Assembly (NCBI GenBank): GCA_045600485.1
Contig: JAZRXX010000088.1
Coordinates: forward strand, 20,260 to 84,259
DNA: 64,000 nucleotides
Direction: 5' to 3'
DNA from: Bacteroidales bacterium
Lineage (GTDB): Bacteria; Bacteroidota; Bacteroidia; Bacteroidales; UBA3663
The position numbers were made by a program, and so were the translations under genes. Shown one piece after another: positions 9,901 to 19,325 of this stretch. Numbering within the stretch: position 1 is the first letter of the stretch; each line of letters begins with the position of its first letter. The notes beneath the pieces were generated by a model. That model was not told the DNA's origin and searched no databases. It was given only the letters and a program-made list of their open reading frames with translations.

Positions 9901-12426
9901 ATCACTACCGATAAAAAAGAGTATGCTCCAGGAGAGAAGATGCACATCAGCGTACCATCGGAAAAGGGTAGCCGTGCGATTGTCAGCATTTGTAATGGTT
10001 CGAGGATTCTTTCTCTCCAAAACTATCCGTGTCAGGAGGAGCGTTCTGAATTTGTCGTTGATATAACCGACGAGATGATGCCGAATGTCTATGTGGCAGT
10101 TTCGCTCGTACAACCCTATCAGCAGACAATCAATGATATGCCGATTCGTATGTATGGTATCGTGCCAGTTTCGGTCACATCGGACAAGAGTCGCCTGAAT
10201 CCTCAAATCAGCTGCGCCGATGAATTCCAGCCAGAAACCAAGGTACAGGTGACTGTAAGCGAGAAGGAGGGTCGTCCGATGGGTTATACGTTGGCCATCG
10301 TGGACGAAGGATTGTTGGATCTGACACGTTTCAAGACTCCGAATGCTTGGGCACTCTTCAATGCCCGCGAGGCTTTGGGCGTACGTTTCTGGGATTTGTA
10401 CAGTCATGTCAACGGAGCCTTTGGTGGACGTATCGAGCAGATGTTCAGCATTGGTGGTGACGAGGCTTTGAACAATGGTCCAAAGGCAATCGTAAACCGA
10501 TTCACTCCGATGGTTTACTTTGCCGGACCATTTACACTCAATAGGGGAGAAAAGCGTACCCATACCATTGCTGTACCAAACTACAATGGACGAGTCCGTG
10601 CCATGGTGGTGGCAGGAGATGGCGCTGCCTATGGTTCGGCTGAGAAATCTGTTCTGGTCCGTAAGCCATTGATGATGATCGCTACCCTGCCACGACAGAT
10701 CGGTAAGGGCGACGAAGTGACTGTAGCTGCTACCCTCTTTGCAACTCAGGCTTTGGGGGATGTCAAGGTAAGCCTTTCGACTTCTGCAGGTATGCAGATT
10801 GTTGGAGACAAGAGCCAAAGCGTCCACTTCAGCGAGGCTGGCGACAAGACTGTTCAATTCCGAGTCAAAGAGGTAGGACAAAGCTCTCCTGCCAAAATCA
10901 CTCTGGTTGCTTCGGGCAGTGGACACAAAGCCGACTATGTGACCGAGGTACCTATCCGTAAAGTGGCACATAAGTTGTTCCATACGGTTGTTGAGACGAT
11001 TGCTCCGGGTAGCAAGTGGCAGAAGGAACTCGCCATGCCTGGTGATGATGGTTTCCAATTGCTGATGGATGTTTCTGCCATCCAGCCATTGAACATGATG
11101 TCTCGTCTGCGACAGTTGATTGCTTATCCTCACGGCTGTGTCGAACAGACTACCTCGAAAGCTTTCCCACAATTATATCTGGGCGACTTCTCTGTTCTTT
11201 ATGCTGACCAGCAGAAGGAGATTGAGACCAATATCAAAAACTGCATTGCGCGCTACCCTTCGTTCCAGGTTGCCGATGGTGGCATGTCGTATTGGCCGGG
11301 AGGCAAGATCAGTCATATCTGGAGTTCCGCTTATGTACTTCATTTCTTGCACGAAGCCTCTTCGCGTGGCTATTATATCCCAGAAGATATGATGCGTCGT
11401 CTGAAGAATTATGTCTCGGCCCAGGCTAACGAGTGGACTTCGGACAAGGGACGCAGCAATGAGGTAGCCTATGGCCTTTATGTCTTGTCTGTCTTGCAGT
11501 CTCCAGAATTGGGTGCAATGAATCGTATGCGAGAGCATTGTTCGCAATTGTCGGGAAGTGCTTGCTATCTGTTGGCTGGAGCTTATGCCAAGAGCGGACG
11601 TACAGATGTGGCTCGTGATCTGATTAAGAATGCGTCGGCTGTACATGCCGGCTTCTACATGCTTCAAGAAGATATTACGCAATTGTTGGCTCTAACTGCA
11701 GTTGATGATCAGCAGGCACATGAAACAGTCGAAAAGATCCGAAAGGAGCTGATGTCCGACAGCTGGCTGTCCACTACAAGAACTTCATTTTCGCTTGTAG
11801 CCTTGTCGCAGTATTACAAGAAGAATCAGGTGGGAAGTGGCTTGAACATTGCAGCCGAAATGAATGGAAAATCGGTAGCCGATGTAAAGAGTGAAAAGTA
11901 CAGTTGGACGAAATGCCTGGATCTGTCGGATAACAAGTGCAAGATCATGCTTCAGAACAAGGGCGATGCTCCGATCTATCTGACCTACACAACTCAGGGC
12001 GACGCTATCCAGAGTCCTGTGGATCATAATGACAACGGTCTGGATGTATCGGTGGTTTATACAACCGACAAGGATCAGTCGCTCGACCCGACATCGTTGG
12101 CACAAAGCACAACATTCAAGGCTTGTGTGACTGTGCGTAATACCAGCGGAAAGGAGTTGGAGAATCTGGCAGTAACGCATATCCTTCCGGCTGGTTGGGA
12201 GATTCTTTCGTTCAGTCCATCTGGTAGTATCAGCTATCAGGATCAGCGAGATGACCGTCTGCTGTCGTATGTGGATCGCCTTCGCATTGGTGAGAGCGTT
12301 ACGATTCGGATGAATCTTTCGGCCACTTATGCCGGCCAGTATTATCTGCCAGCCATCTCGGTCGAGGCTATGTACGATGCTGCCCTCTCGGGTTGTAGTG
12401 CAAGCTCCACTTGCGTAGTGAAATGA
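6979..12426 (+). CDS. Bacterial alpha-2-macroglobulin (YfhM-like), probable lipoprotein
   Basis: 1815 aa; ERGVWRPGDT MG2 motif, LAIVDEGLL, thioester YPHGCVEQ, DQRDDR and EAMYD C-terminus. Confidence 0.95.
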   Translation: MKSKLSILWIMIGILFCQCSKVVDAPEVPQYNEYITAYTSGTLSRKADIRIVFSEDVPQGKLDSVLPNAVMQLSPKVDGTYSFADSHTLVFSPKEEMKRNTKYTVIVHTDKLFADAKEFQYSFLTRPFAVGGGLKSFDVTDDDQYDLRFNLITADSELPQVVEKHVTCSMEGELSWTHSGDGLNHELKVKVNPTTESTLTLTQEADRSIDANEQTIATVSLPSTKIFTVVSQTTRQGDSKCIEVTFNKMLDPKRSVQGLVYVKGKKLEATIEKNKVLLFGDLKEGETLDIIIDKNLTSKSNVKITPSVVSSVTVSYYKPSVEFVGNGAIVPQSDRILIPFRSVYMRGVRVLVFKVFGNRVASLMQEGDIDGCYNFSYLARPVCATTFFIDDKGVDLSDWHTFAIDLTDQFKMEPGAMYRVELSLDARLSAWPNDTLPKGTREELADDDAQVMESSNNRFDNGYWYYTGQAFDEEHWWVDNYYQLRRDPGSAYYYDSKTVAKNILATNIGLTALRGEGNSLTVTAINLPDAQPMADVRMEIFNLQQQKIGEEKSNSEGIATLDYNARLGKPHYLVARKGNDVSYLKLAEGSALSTSTFDVSGDVVQRGLKGYIYGERGVWRPGDTLHIGFMLNDRNHTLPAEHPVTLKLSNPLGQVTNRLTKTSGAMGIYAFTIPTAADAPTGIWNAQISVGGVSFDKSIRIEAIKPNRLKIDLKLPEGTLSAGTNSASLHTEWLNGNQAGGLKYDVSATIVSTTTSFKEWKGFVFDDPTKTFETSEIEVGKGSVDASGHADIRMNFQTDKKAPGMLAANLVTHVYEPSGEFSVDGVRALVSPYRQFIGIKAPSQSRQSHLETDKDQNYSVVSVDKDGKPVGNTAVQVEVYKVEWYWWWHSSQDNLAGYTTRSYNKPVKTLTVLTDAMGQGSFTLNMTEANWGTYLIVAQDKEGGHSTGVLSYFDWPWMTSRRSADGKDNATALTITTDKKEYAPGEKMHISVPSEKGSRAIVSICNGSRILSLQNYPCQEERSEFVVDITDEMMPNVYVAVSLVQPYQQTINDMPIRMYGIVPVSVTSDKSRLNPQISCADEFQPETKVQVTVSEKEGRPMGYTLAIVDEGLLDLTRFKTPNAWALFNAREALGVRFWDLYSHVNGAFGGRIEQMFSIGGDEALNNGPKAIVNRFTPMVYFAGPFTLNRGEKRTHTIAVPNYNGRVRAMVVAGDGAAYGSAEKSVLVRKPLMMIATLPRQIGKGDEVTVAATLFATQALGDVKVSLSTSAGMQIVGDKSQSVHFSEAGDKTVQFRVKEVGQSSPAKITLVASGSGHKADYVTEVPIRKVAHKLFHTVVETIAPGSKWQKELAMPGDDGFQLLMDVSAIQPLNMMSRLRQLIAYPHGCVEQTTSKAFPQLYLGDFSVLYADQQKEIETNIKNCIARYPSFQVADGGMSYWPGGKISHIWSSAYVLHFLHEASSRGYYIPEDMMRRLKNYVSAQANEWTSDKGRSNEVAYGLYVLSVLQSPELGAMNRMREHCSQLSGSACYLLAGAYAKSGRTDVARDLIKNASAVHAGFYMLQEDITQLLALTAVDDQQAHETVEKIRKELMSDSWLSTTRTSFSLVALSQYYKKNQVGSGLNIAAEMNGKSVADVKSEKYSWTKCLDLSDNKCKIMLQNKGDAPIYLTYTTQGDAIQSPVDHNDNGLDVSVVYTTDKDQSLDPTSLAQSTTFKACVTVRNTSGKELENLAVTHILPAGWEILSFSPSGSISYQDQRDDRLLSYVDRLRIGESVTIRMNLSATYAGQYYLPAISVEAMYDAALSGCSASSTCVVK

Positions 12427-12507
12427 AAATAATAAAGGGTGAAGTAAAAAGAGGCTTCTCCCTTTATCCCTTTTCCTTTATCCTTTCTCCTTTTCTCTTA
12501 TCCTTTT
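12421..12507. repeat. Heptamer-type intergenic repeat forming an imperfect hairpin
   Basis: Purine-rich arm then CCTTTAT/CCCTTTT/CCTTTAT/CCTTTCT run. Confidence 0.55.
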
Positions 12508-12510
12508 AAT

Positions 12511-12738
12511 ATGGTTTATATCTGGAATATCTATGAACCGGCAGATTCTGCCAATCCGGGAGATGATCCTTTCGATGTTTTCCTCTATGCTTTGCGCAAA
12601 GAGGATGTGCCTCATACCAACGACACAATTCATGTCGAAGGACAACGGAAGAAGATCATCGCCATCCAAATCGATCATCGCAGAAACGAAGTACTCGCCA
12701 ATGAAGATGAGGTGTACTATAAAGTTTGTGTGAATTGA
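12511..12738 (+). CDS. Small hypothetical protein (75 aa)
   Basis: ATG start, coding-like composition, co-oriented with the operon. Confidence 0.6.
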   Translation: MVYIWNIYEPADSANPGDDPFDVFLYALRKEDVPHTNDTIHVEGQRKKIIAIQIDHRRNEVLANEDEVYYKVCVN

Positions 12739-12787
12739 AATATACTTGACTTATAAATCTTGTTTGCGAAATTAAAAATAAAATTCA

Positions 12788-13543
12788 ATGTCTGTAATTA
12801 ATAAAATAAAGGGATTCTTCGTGCGTCACAAGGAATGGATGAGTTCATTCTGGAGCAACTTTGTAGCTACAGTATTGGGCATTGTGCTTACGTTTGGCGT
12901 ATCAATGTGGTTGGATCGTCGAGACGACCAAGCCAAGGCCGAGGTGCTGGTGAATCGAAGTTTCAAAAATATCGAAAACAGAATCAGGGATCTTGAGAAT
13001 GTTACGGGGACCCTGAAGTACCAGGACTCTTTGCTTTGGATTTGCCAGAATAATTTGCCCGATAATCTGGACAGTGTGCCGTCTGATGTCTTGGTGAAAC
13101 TGATCAACGTCATGGGTGTCAGTTGGTGTTTGTTCGAGAGTAAATCGGTCGAGATTGGTTTCAAACAGAACATCAATAGTCAAAAGGTATTGGGTAGTTT
13201 TGCTGATGTGCTTGGCGAGATGTTCGAAACCCTGAATTATGCCGAAACCTTGAATGAGTCGATCAATCGGGAGAAGGAAAAGATTGAGCGCGAAAGCTTC
13301 AGATATTGGAAAGATGGCAAGCGAATAATGTCGCGCGAGGAGTGTTTGAAAATGCTGATGGAGCCAGAGATAGTCTATATGTTGACAGATATTTCTACTC
13401 AATCAATGTCTTTGTTCCGAATTTTGGATTATCTGAAAGTATATAATCAGAATGCTCATGAGTTGTGGAATGAGGAGATAACGATCGAACAGTTTGACGC
13501 AAGATGCGAAGAATATGAAAAGAAAATGATCGGTAGAAACTGA
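12788..13543 (+). CDS. Hypothetical protein with N-terminal TM helix
   Basis: 251 aa; FVATVLGIVLTFGVS TM segment then helical region. Confidence 0.8.
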   Translation: MSVINKIKGFFVRHKEWMSSFWSNFVATVLGIVLTFGVSMWLDRRDDQAKAEVLVNRSFKNIENRIRDLENVTGTLKYQDSLLWICQNNLPDNLDSVPSDVLVKLINVMGVSWCLFESKSVEIGFKQNINSQKVLGSFADVLGEMFETLNYAETLNESINREKEKIERESFRYWKDGKRIMSREECLKMLMEPEIVYMLTDISTQSMSLFRILDYLKVYNQNAHELWNEEITIEQFDARCEEYEKKMIGRN

Positions 13544-13569
13544 TACCTTTCTCTTTTTGGCTCGATAAT

Positions 13570-13600
13570 TTTGTCTTTTGACGGATTATTAGTATCTTTG
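13570..13600 (+). promoter_or_regulatory. -33/-7 promoter
   Basis: TTTG-19 nt-TATCTTTG upstream of HAD gene. Confidence 0.7.
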
Positions 13601-13620
13601 CGCGCAAAAAATCAGAAGAA

Positions 13621-14286
13621 ATGAAGCAAAAGATAACTACGATTGTATGGGATCTGGATGGAACTCTGCTGGATACCTTGCAGGATCTCGCTCTTGCGAC
13701 CAATCATGCCTTGCGTACCTATGGCATGCCCGAACATACGTTGGATGAGATTCGTCAGTTTGTGGGCAATGGTGTGCGCAGGTTGATTCAACTCTCGGTA
13801 CCCGATGGTGAGCAGAATCCACAGTTCGAAGATGTATTCGCCTCGTTCAAGTCCTATTACATGGTTCATTGCAAAGACAATACTTGCTTGTACGACGGTA
13901 TTCTCGAAACGCTTGAAGTGTTGAAGTCCATGGGGTATAGGATGGCTGTGGTCAGCAACAAGCTGCAGAGTGGAGTGGATGAACTCTACGACGAATACTT
14001 CAAGACAACGATGGAGGTCGCCATTGGTGAACGTCCGGAAATGGCACGCAAACCGGCTCCCGATATGGTTTGGAAAGCTCTCGATGCGTTGAATGTAACG
14101 AAAGAGGAGGCTGTTTATATCGGCGATTCGGATGTAGATATTGCGACAGCCCGAAATTCCGGATTGCCTTGTATCTCGGTGCTGTGGGGCTTCCGTTCGA
14201 AGGATTTTCTTTTGGAACATGGAGGAACGACTTTCGTCGAGAAACCTGCAGAAATCATTGATGTTTTGAAAAATTTTAGCTTATGA
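13621..14286 (+). CDS. HAD-family hydrolase (phosphoglycolate phosphatase-like)
   Basis: DLDGTLLD motif I, SNK, KPAP, YIGDSDVD. Confidence 0.92.
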   Translation: MKQKITTIVWDLDGTLLDTLQDLALATNHALRTYGMPEHTLDEIRQFVGNGVRRLIQLSVPDGEQNPQFEDVFASFKSYYMVHCKDNTCLYDGILETLEVLKSMGYRMAVVSNKLQSGVDELYDEYFKTTMEVAIGERPEMARKPAPDMVWKALDALNVTKEEAVYIGDSDVDIATARNSGLPCISVLWGFRSKDFLLEHGGTTFVEKPAEIIDVLKNFSL

Positions 14287-15050
14287 AGAAAATAATGGAA
14301 CAGGTCGCATACCTGATGGTATTGGCCTGTGTGACGAGTGGCTGTAAGGAAAAGAACCCTCATAGAGCCGTAATCTGCGCCGAAATCGCAGAGATGAAGA
14401 ACGAATTGCCCATGGATGCGGGCAACCTGATTATTCAGGATGTGAATGTGAAGGAGGATCTGGTTGTTTATGATTGCTTGGTCGATCAGGAACAGAACAT
14501 GATCCAAGCCGACAGTATTCTGAATAGCGACAAGAATTATGCCCGTACTATTGCCAGTCTTGACGAAAAGATTGTGGCAGGTTTTATGGATGCAGATATG
14601 GGTATCAAGTATGTTTATAAGAATAAGGAGGGAAAGAGTCTGGGTGCTTTGACCATTTCGGCACAGAAGATGAAAGAGATCTCCAATAAACTGAAATCGG
14701 GCGAAATCAAGCCGTATTCGGTTCTCGAAATGTCGCAGGTGGAGATCGATCAGACAACCTATCCGGTACAGATTGGTGGCAACCTGTGGCTAACAGATGG
14801 AATGGTCAAGGATAATTATGTAATCAATGTCATTACCCTTGAAGCCAAAGCCGAAAAGTCGGATTTTACGGAAGAGGATTGGTTCCAGACGAAGAACAAT
14901 ACAGTGGAAGGACTGCGTGAAAGTCCTTTGATCAATTCTTGCAAAGAGGAGATCAAGGAGAAGGATGTTCACTTCTCGTATGTTTATAAGGATGTACGCG
15001 ACACGGTTCTGACTATTATCGATATTGACTATTACGATCTTTTCCGGTAA
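14283..15050 (+). CDS. Hypothetical lipoprotein with two similar halves
   Basis: Signal ending TSGC; ATGA-like overlap with HAD gene; LPM/YPV and YVYK motifs recur. Confidence 0.8.
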   Translation: MKKIMEQVAYLMVLACVTSGCKEKNPHRAVICAEIAEMKNELPMDAGNLIIQDVNVKEDLVVYDCLVDQEQNMIQADSILNSDKNYARTIASLDEKIVAGFMDADMGIKYVYKNKEGKSLGALTISAQKMKEISNKLKSGEIKPYSVLEMSQVEIDQTTYPVQIGGNLWLTDGMVKDNYVINVITLEAKAEKSDFTEEDWFQTKNNTVEGLRESPLINSCKEEIKEKDVHFSYVYKDVRDTVLTIIDIDYYDLFR

Positions 15051-15083
15051 TTTCAAGTCATTTATTCAAGTTTCAAGTGCAAC

Positions 15084-15611
15084 TAATGTATTGTCTCGAT
15101 GAGTTGTATATAAACTCACACTAAGGCACGAAGACAAAAAGTCTTTCCCCCTTAGTCATCTTTGTGTGGTTTGAATTTATCACAAAGTGTATCAAGTTCA
15201 CAAAGGCAATATGCCGCAGGCCTTCGTCTTCATTGTGTCTTTGTGTGAGTTATTATTTAATCACATCAAGATGATGCACTAGAGTGTTGTCTCGATGTGT
15301 TGTATATAAACTCACACTAAGGCACGAAGACAAAAAGTCTTTCCCCCTTAGTCATCTTTGTGTGGTCTGAATTTATCACAAAGGGTATCAAGTTCACAAA
15401 GGCAATATGCCGCAGGCCTTCGTCTTCTTAGTGTCTTTGTGTGAGTTATTATTTAATCACATCAAGATGATGCACTAGAGTATTGTCTCGATGAGTTTTT
15501 ATAATATTCTCAAGAAGATTTGAAGAATAGAAGTTAGGTGCTAAGGAAAAAAACTTCTTCTCTTCTCCTCTTCTTTGAGTTTGATATACAAGCCCATGAG
15601 ACGGCACACTA
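15084..15611. mobile_element. Three head-to-tail TA-bounded MITE-like units (196, 196, 134 bp)
   Basis: Shared TA at 15084, 15280, 15476, 15610; ~35-bp imperfect inverted ends TAGWGYRYYRTCTCGATG...AACTC; palindromic cores. Confidence 0.7.
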
Positions 15612-15616
15612 CTTTT

Positions 15617-18433
15617 TTATTGCTCAAAGTGAATCAATGTGCCATCTGGGGCTATGCCATTGATGGTAATGACGACCTTTTGGTTCGGAGACTTAGGCAC
15701 ATAATCGAACATCGCATGACCATTGGCATCTGTCTGGAGTGAGGGATTCCAGTATAGAGTGCGACGGAAAGGATCCATAGCATGGGCAGATCCTGCGTTT
15801 TGTTCGTTATAGAATTGCGCCGGTTTCTGGAAACTATGGATTCTAATAACCTCGTACTTGAGTGTAAGATCGGATATGGAAAGACGATTCTTGGAACATA
15901 GGTTGATATGAAGTTCGTCGATGTCATGTCGCTTTCCATCGGACAGGAAGCGGCTGCGATCCAGCAGATCCGAATAGAATGAAATCTCACCATAGCGAAG
16001 CGAGTTATTGTTGAGCGGATGGTCTGGATCGTAGAATAACCTTTCCTTCCAGAGTTCATCCCACTCGACACTGTCCACAAACAGGCGGGTAGGATTCTCA
16101 ACATAGAAACCCTGATGACGTGGTACGGTATCGCCTGTGGCATTGTCTAACTTGATATCTCCTCGAATCTTGCGATTGAAAGAAGCTCTGATACCATTCG
16201 TACGCATGAAGTTCAGTCGTGTCCAATAAGGGATAAACTGACAGGTGAAATTGTCTTCATAATCGACAGAGTCTGCATTGCCGATGTATCGATAAGAGAC
16301 ATCATTAAGGAAATCCAGATAGTCGATCATGTTGTAGCGTACCAGAGGTTGGCTCAGATCAAGCTTGTGGCTGCCATTGTCCTTGACACTAACCTCGTCG
16401 AGACGATAGACAGCCAATGTGTCGTCGAATGCTGAAACATCTTTGTCTGTCGATTCGTAGAAGTCATAGACCTTAGGCGTGGGCGAGATGGCTCGTTGTT
16501 TCCAGATGCGATAACGGAATCCTTTGCCTATCGTGTAGTGCAATTTCTTTTTCTCCATATCTGCCGAATCTTTATAGGCACGCAAGGTCATGAGGATATC
16601 GCCGGTGACGGGTAGAAGCGGGAAGGAGAATCTGCCATCGATACCGATGTCTCCTACTGCATCTACAATGTATTTGTTATTATAGGTAATTTGGGTATTC
16701 AAGAACAACGGCTTCTTGAGCTGTTTATTGGTCAAAGAGAGAATCTCACCCGAAACCTCGAGCTTTTGCTCGTTTTTGTAGTAGGGGTAGAAATGTGTGC
16801 CCAAACGCTGCGTCATGCAGTTCCACTCGTAGCGGCGCCAACCTTGAACGAGCAGTAGCAGATCGAGCTGATCACGGCGAGCCTGGCTTTGATCTGCAAA
16901 GTAATAGTCGGGATCTTCGATAAAGCCTTTGACCTCACTACTCAACAACATGCCCGTCAGGATATTACCTGCACCATAGTTTAATCCTTTGTCGTCGGCA
17001 TCGATCACAGCGACCGATATATGGGCATTGGGAACGCTGTTGATTGATACTTTCTCAATAGCTCCTTTTCCCTTTTTCATCTCGACTTTAGCCTTCTGCC
17101 ATTCATTGCTCTTCGGATAGACAAAGAAGAGTCGGCTGGCCAAAAGGTTGGCTAAGGTATCGTACACAATCACCTCGTTGACACCCACCTTGCGTCCTTC
17201 TGTACCATGCGACACGATGACAGTTCGGAGGGCTGCCGGATCAATGCCCGAGGCTGTTACTTGGGGAATCAGACTGTCTCCCTGCCATTCGCAGCAGAGG
17301 GCCACACCCTTTTCGTCGGGAATAGGCAGATCGAAAGTGTAGGATTGTCCGCGAAGGTCAAACGAGAGTTTGGAGTCTTTGGTATAGTGTCTCCAGAACT
17401 CAAGGTCGGTTGTGAAGAGGTTACGTCCACGGTGCAGACGGTTTTCGGGTGCCGTGCTTGTTCCATCTTTGTGTTTGATGAGTATGTTCGACGGAGAGAT
17501 GTGTTGTCCGCGACCATCGCGCATTTCGAATGCCAGATGACTGCGTGTATTGCGGACCCAATGACCACCTTCTGGATAGAAATCGACCGAAGGGTGGTCA
17601 TTGTAATAGAATCCCACTCCAGTATGCATCTTCTGTCGTTGTTTCATTGTACGGAGTTCCGGACGTCCGGAGATGCGTGTATAGACAGGCAGAACACGCG
17701 AAAACACGCGTGGATTGTGCGCATAGAGAAAACTATGCTGAATGTCCTGATTGGTCATACCTTTGGCATCGTAGGTATTGTTCTGCTGCAATACGCCTGG
17801 TTCTTCTCCGTTGCGAGGGATAAAAGGTTTGACATAGTATCGGAATCCATAACCATCGTTCTTTTCGACCAATTCGCCGTTGTAGTGATTGGTGGTTTGG
17901 TCACCCAGCAGACGTTCAGAATCGGTATAGGTATAGTCTGTATTGTCGCGCACAGGAACCTCCGACTTCCACCACCATTTCCACGGATTGCTGTCGTCCT
18001 CTTTGTCGCGTGCCAGATCATCGCGGAAGTTGAGCATCCAGGCGGTATAGGCTCGTACTTCGTAGAAGCCGGCAAAGAGTGAGTCGGGCATGTGTATGTA
18101 GCCCTGACAAGTGCCATTGTCCTGTACGTAATGAACATTGCGCCAAAGGTACAAACCTTCGGGTGAACGGAGTTCGACGTAAAGGACTCGGCTGAGAGGC
18201 AGATCCAAGGGTTGCTTGGCGAGAGCATGACGCTGCATGTTGTCACTCATCACATAACAGGCATACCAGATGGTATCTCCTTGAAAGTAGGCATGGTTAT
18301 CAAAGTGCATCCACACGCGTTCCTGTGGATATTTACTGTTGAAGTTTTCATAACGCTTTAGCCATCGGTCTTGGGCCGAGAGTGATAGTACGGCACCAAC
18401 CAGCAGACAAGCTGATAATATAAGATTTTTCAT
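15617..18433 (-). CDS. Large secreted Bacteroidetes protein, macroglobulin(MG)-like N-terminus and RRTLYWNP C-terminus
   Basis: Signal peptide from ATG 18433; PQERVWMHFD..YFQGDTIWY, DFYPEGG, LDLLLLVQGWRRY, FRRTLYWNP. Confidence 0.8.
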   Translation of the reverse strand: MKNLILSACLLVGAVLSLSAQDRWLKRYENFNSKYPQERVWMHFDNHAYFQGDTIWYACYVMSDNMQRHALAKQPLDLPLSRVLYVELRSPEGLYLWRNVHYVQDNGTCQGYIHMPDSLFAGFYEVRAYTAWMLNFRDDLARDKEDDSNPWKWWWKSEVPVRDNTDYTYTDSERLLGDQTTNHYNGELVEKNDGYGFRYYVKPFIPRNGEEPGVLQQNNTYDAKGMTNQDIQHSFLYAHNPRVFSRVLPVYTRISGRPELRTMKQRQKMHTGVGFYYNDHPSVDFYPEGGHWVRNTRSHLAFEMRDGRGQHISPSNILIKHKDGTSTAPENRLHRGRNLFTTDLEFWRHYTKDSKLSFDLRGQSYTFDLPIPDEKGVALCCEWQGDSLIPQVTASGIDPAALRTVIVSHGTEGRKVGVNEVIVYDTLANLLASRLFFVYPKSNEWQKAKVEMKKGKGAIEKVSINSVPNAHISVAVIDADDKGLNYGAGNILTGMLLSSEVKGFIEDPDYYFADQSQARRDQLDLLLLVQGWRRYEWNCMTQRLGTHFYPYYKNEQKLEVSGEILSLTNKQLKKPLFLNTQITYNNKYIVDAVGDIGIDGRFSFPLLPVTGDILMTLRAYKDSADMEKKKLHYTIGKGFRYRIWKQRAISPTPKVYDFYESTDKDVSAFDDTLAVYRLDEVSVKDNGSHKLDLSQPLVRYNMIDYLDFLNDVSYRYIGNADSVDYEDNFTCQFIPYWTRLNFMRTNGIRASFNRKIRGDIKLDNATGDTVPRHQGFYVENPTRLFVDSVEWDELWKERLFYDPDHPLNNNSLRYGEISFYSDLLDRSRFLSDGKRHDIDELHINLCSKNRLSISDLTLKYEVIRIHSFQKPAQFYNEQNAGSAHAMDPFRRTLYWNPSLQTDANGHAMFDYVPKSPNQKVVITINGIAPDGTLIHFEQ

Positions 18434-18536
18434 TCCCAAATGCGTTGGAATTTGATTAATTTGCGCAAAGATGATAATTTTTGAATAAAAAGACAAATAT
18501 CTGACCACTTTTTTTGTATAATCGGGCGATTTTCCT

Positions 18537-18544
18537 TATCTTTG
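18537..18544 (+). promoter_or_regulatory. -7 element TATCTTTG
   Basis: Consensus match 21 bp upstream of ATG 18566. Confidence 0.65.
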
Positions 18545-18565
18545 CCACGGCTAATGTGATAAACT

Positions 18566-19252
18566 ATGAAAAAACTATTTACCATCGTTTTGTTTTCTCT
18601 CTTTGCCGTGTGTTCTGCTCAAGATACCTCAAAACGAGTCCCCTTCAATGGTGTCGTGACCGATTTGTTGGGCAATCCGATCAAAGGAGCGAAAGTTTAC
18701 GTGGTCAGTTCATCGTTCTATGCGAAGACCGACAAACATGGTCGATTCGGTTTGACCAACGTCCAGAAAACCGATACGATTCATATCCTTTTCGACAAGC
18801 GTATGTATCTCATTCCGGTCGAAACTCGTCGCAGTATTCGTATCCGCTTGGGTGACCAGATGGTGAAAGAGGCCAACGAAGATCTGGAGTTGGTAGATTT
18901 AGGTTATGGATATGTGAAACGTCGTGAACAAACCACGGCGAGCAATGGAATAACAGGTGAGATGCTACGCCGCACCGGTCAAACTGATCTTCTGGCAGCT
19001 CTGAGTGGTCTGGTTCCGGGCTTAAACATCTCGTCCAATGGATTCGGTGGCAATACAACGGCCATCATCCGTGGCAGAAACACGATTTATGCTTCGACTG
19101 ATCCACTTTTTATTGTGGATGGAGTCGTGGTCGATAATCTCCGCTTTGTGAATATTTACGATGTAGATAATGTTGAGGTCATGAAGGATGCTTCTATCTA
19201 TGGTTCGCGTGGTGCAAACGGTGCCATTATCGTTCATACCAAGAGACCGTGA
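18566..19252 (+). CDS. Barrel-less TonB-receptor plug-domain protein (CarboxypepD_reg-like + Plug)
   Basis: Signal peptide; IIRG, DPLFIVDG, IYGSRGANGAIIVHTK then stop. Confidence 0.88.
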   Translation: MKKLFTIVLFSLFAVCSAQDTSKRVPFNGVVTDLLGNPIKGAKVYVVSSSFYAKTDKHGRFGLTNVQKTDTIHILFDKRMYLIPVETRRSIRIRLGDQMVKEANEDLELVDLGYGYVKRREQTTASNGITGEMLRRTGQTDLLAALSGLVPGLNISSNGFGGNTTAIIRGRNTIYASTDPLFIVDGVVVDNLRFVNIYDVDNVEVMKDASIYGSRGANGAIIVHTKRP

Positions 19253-19325
19253 ACTGCATTGCTTACAGAATTATAAATTAAAAATTAAAAGTTATTAGTT
19301 ATTACCCGAAAACTGTATTTTTTTT

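Noticed and set aside
9469-11682. Long antisense ORFs (also 19371-20885, 50679-51914)
   Set aside because: Shadows of well-supported genes on the opposite strand with no recognisable motifs.
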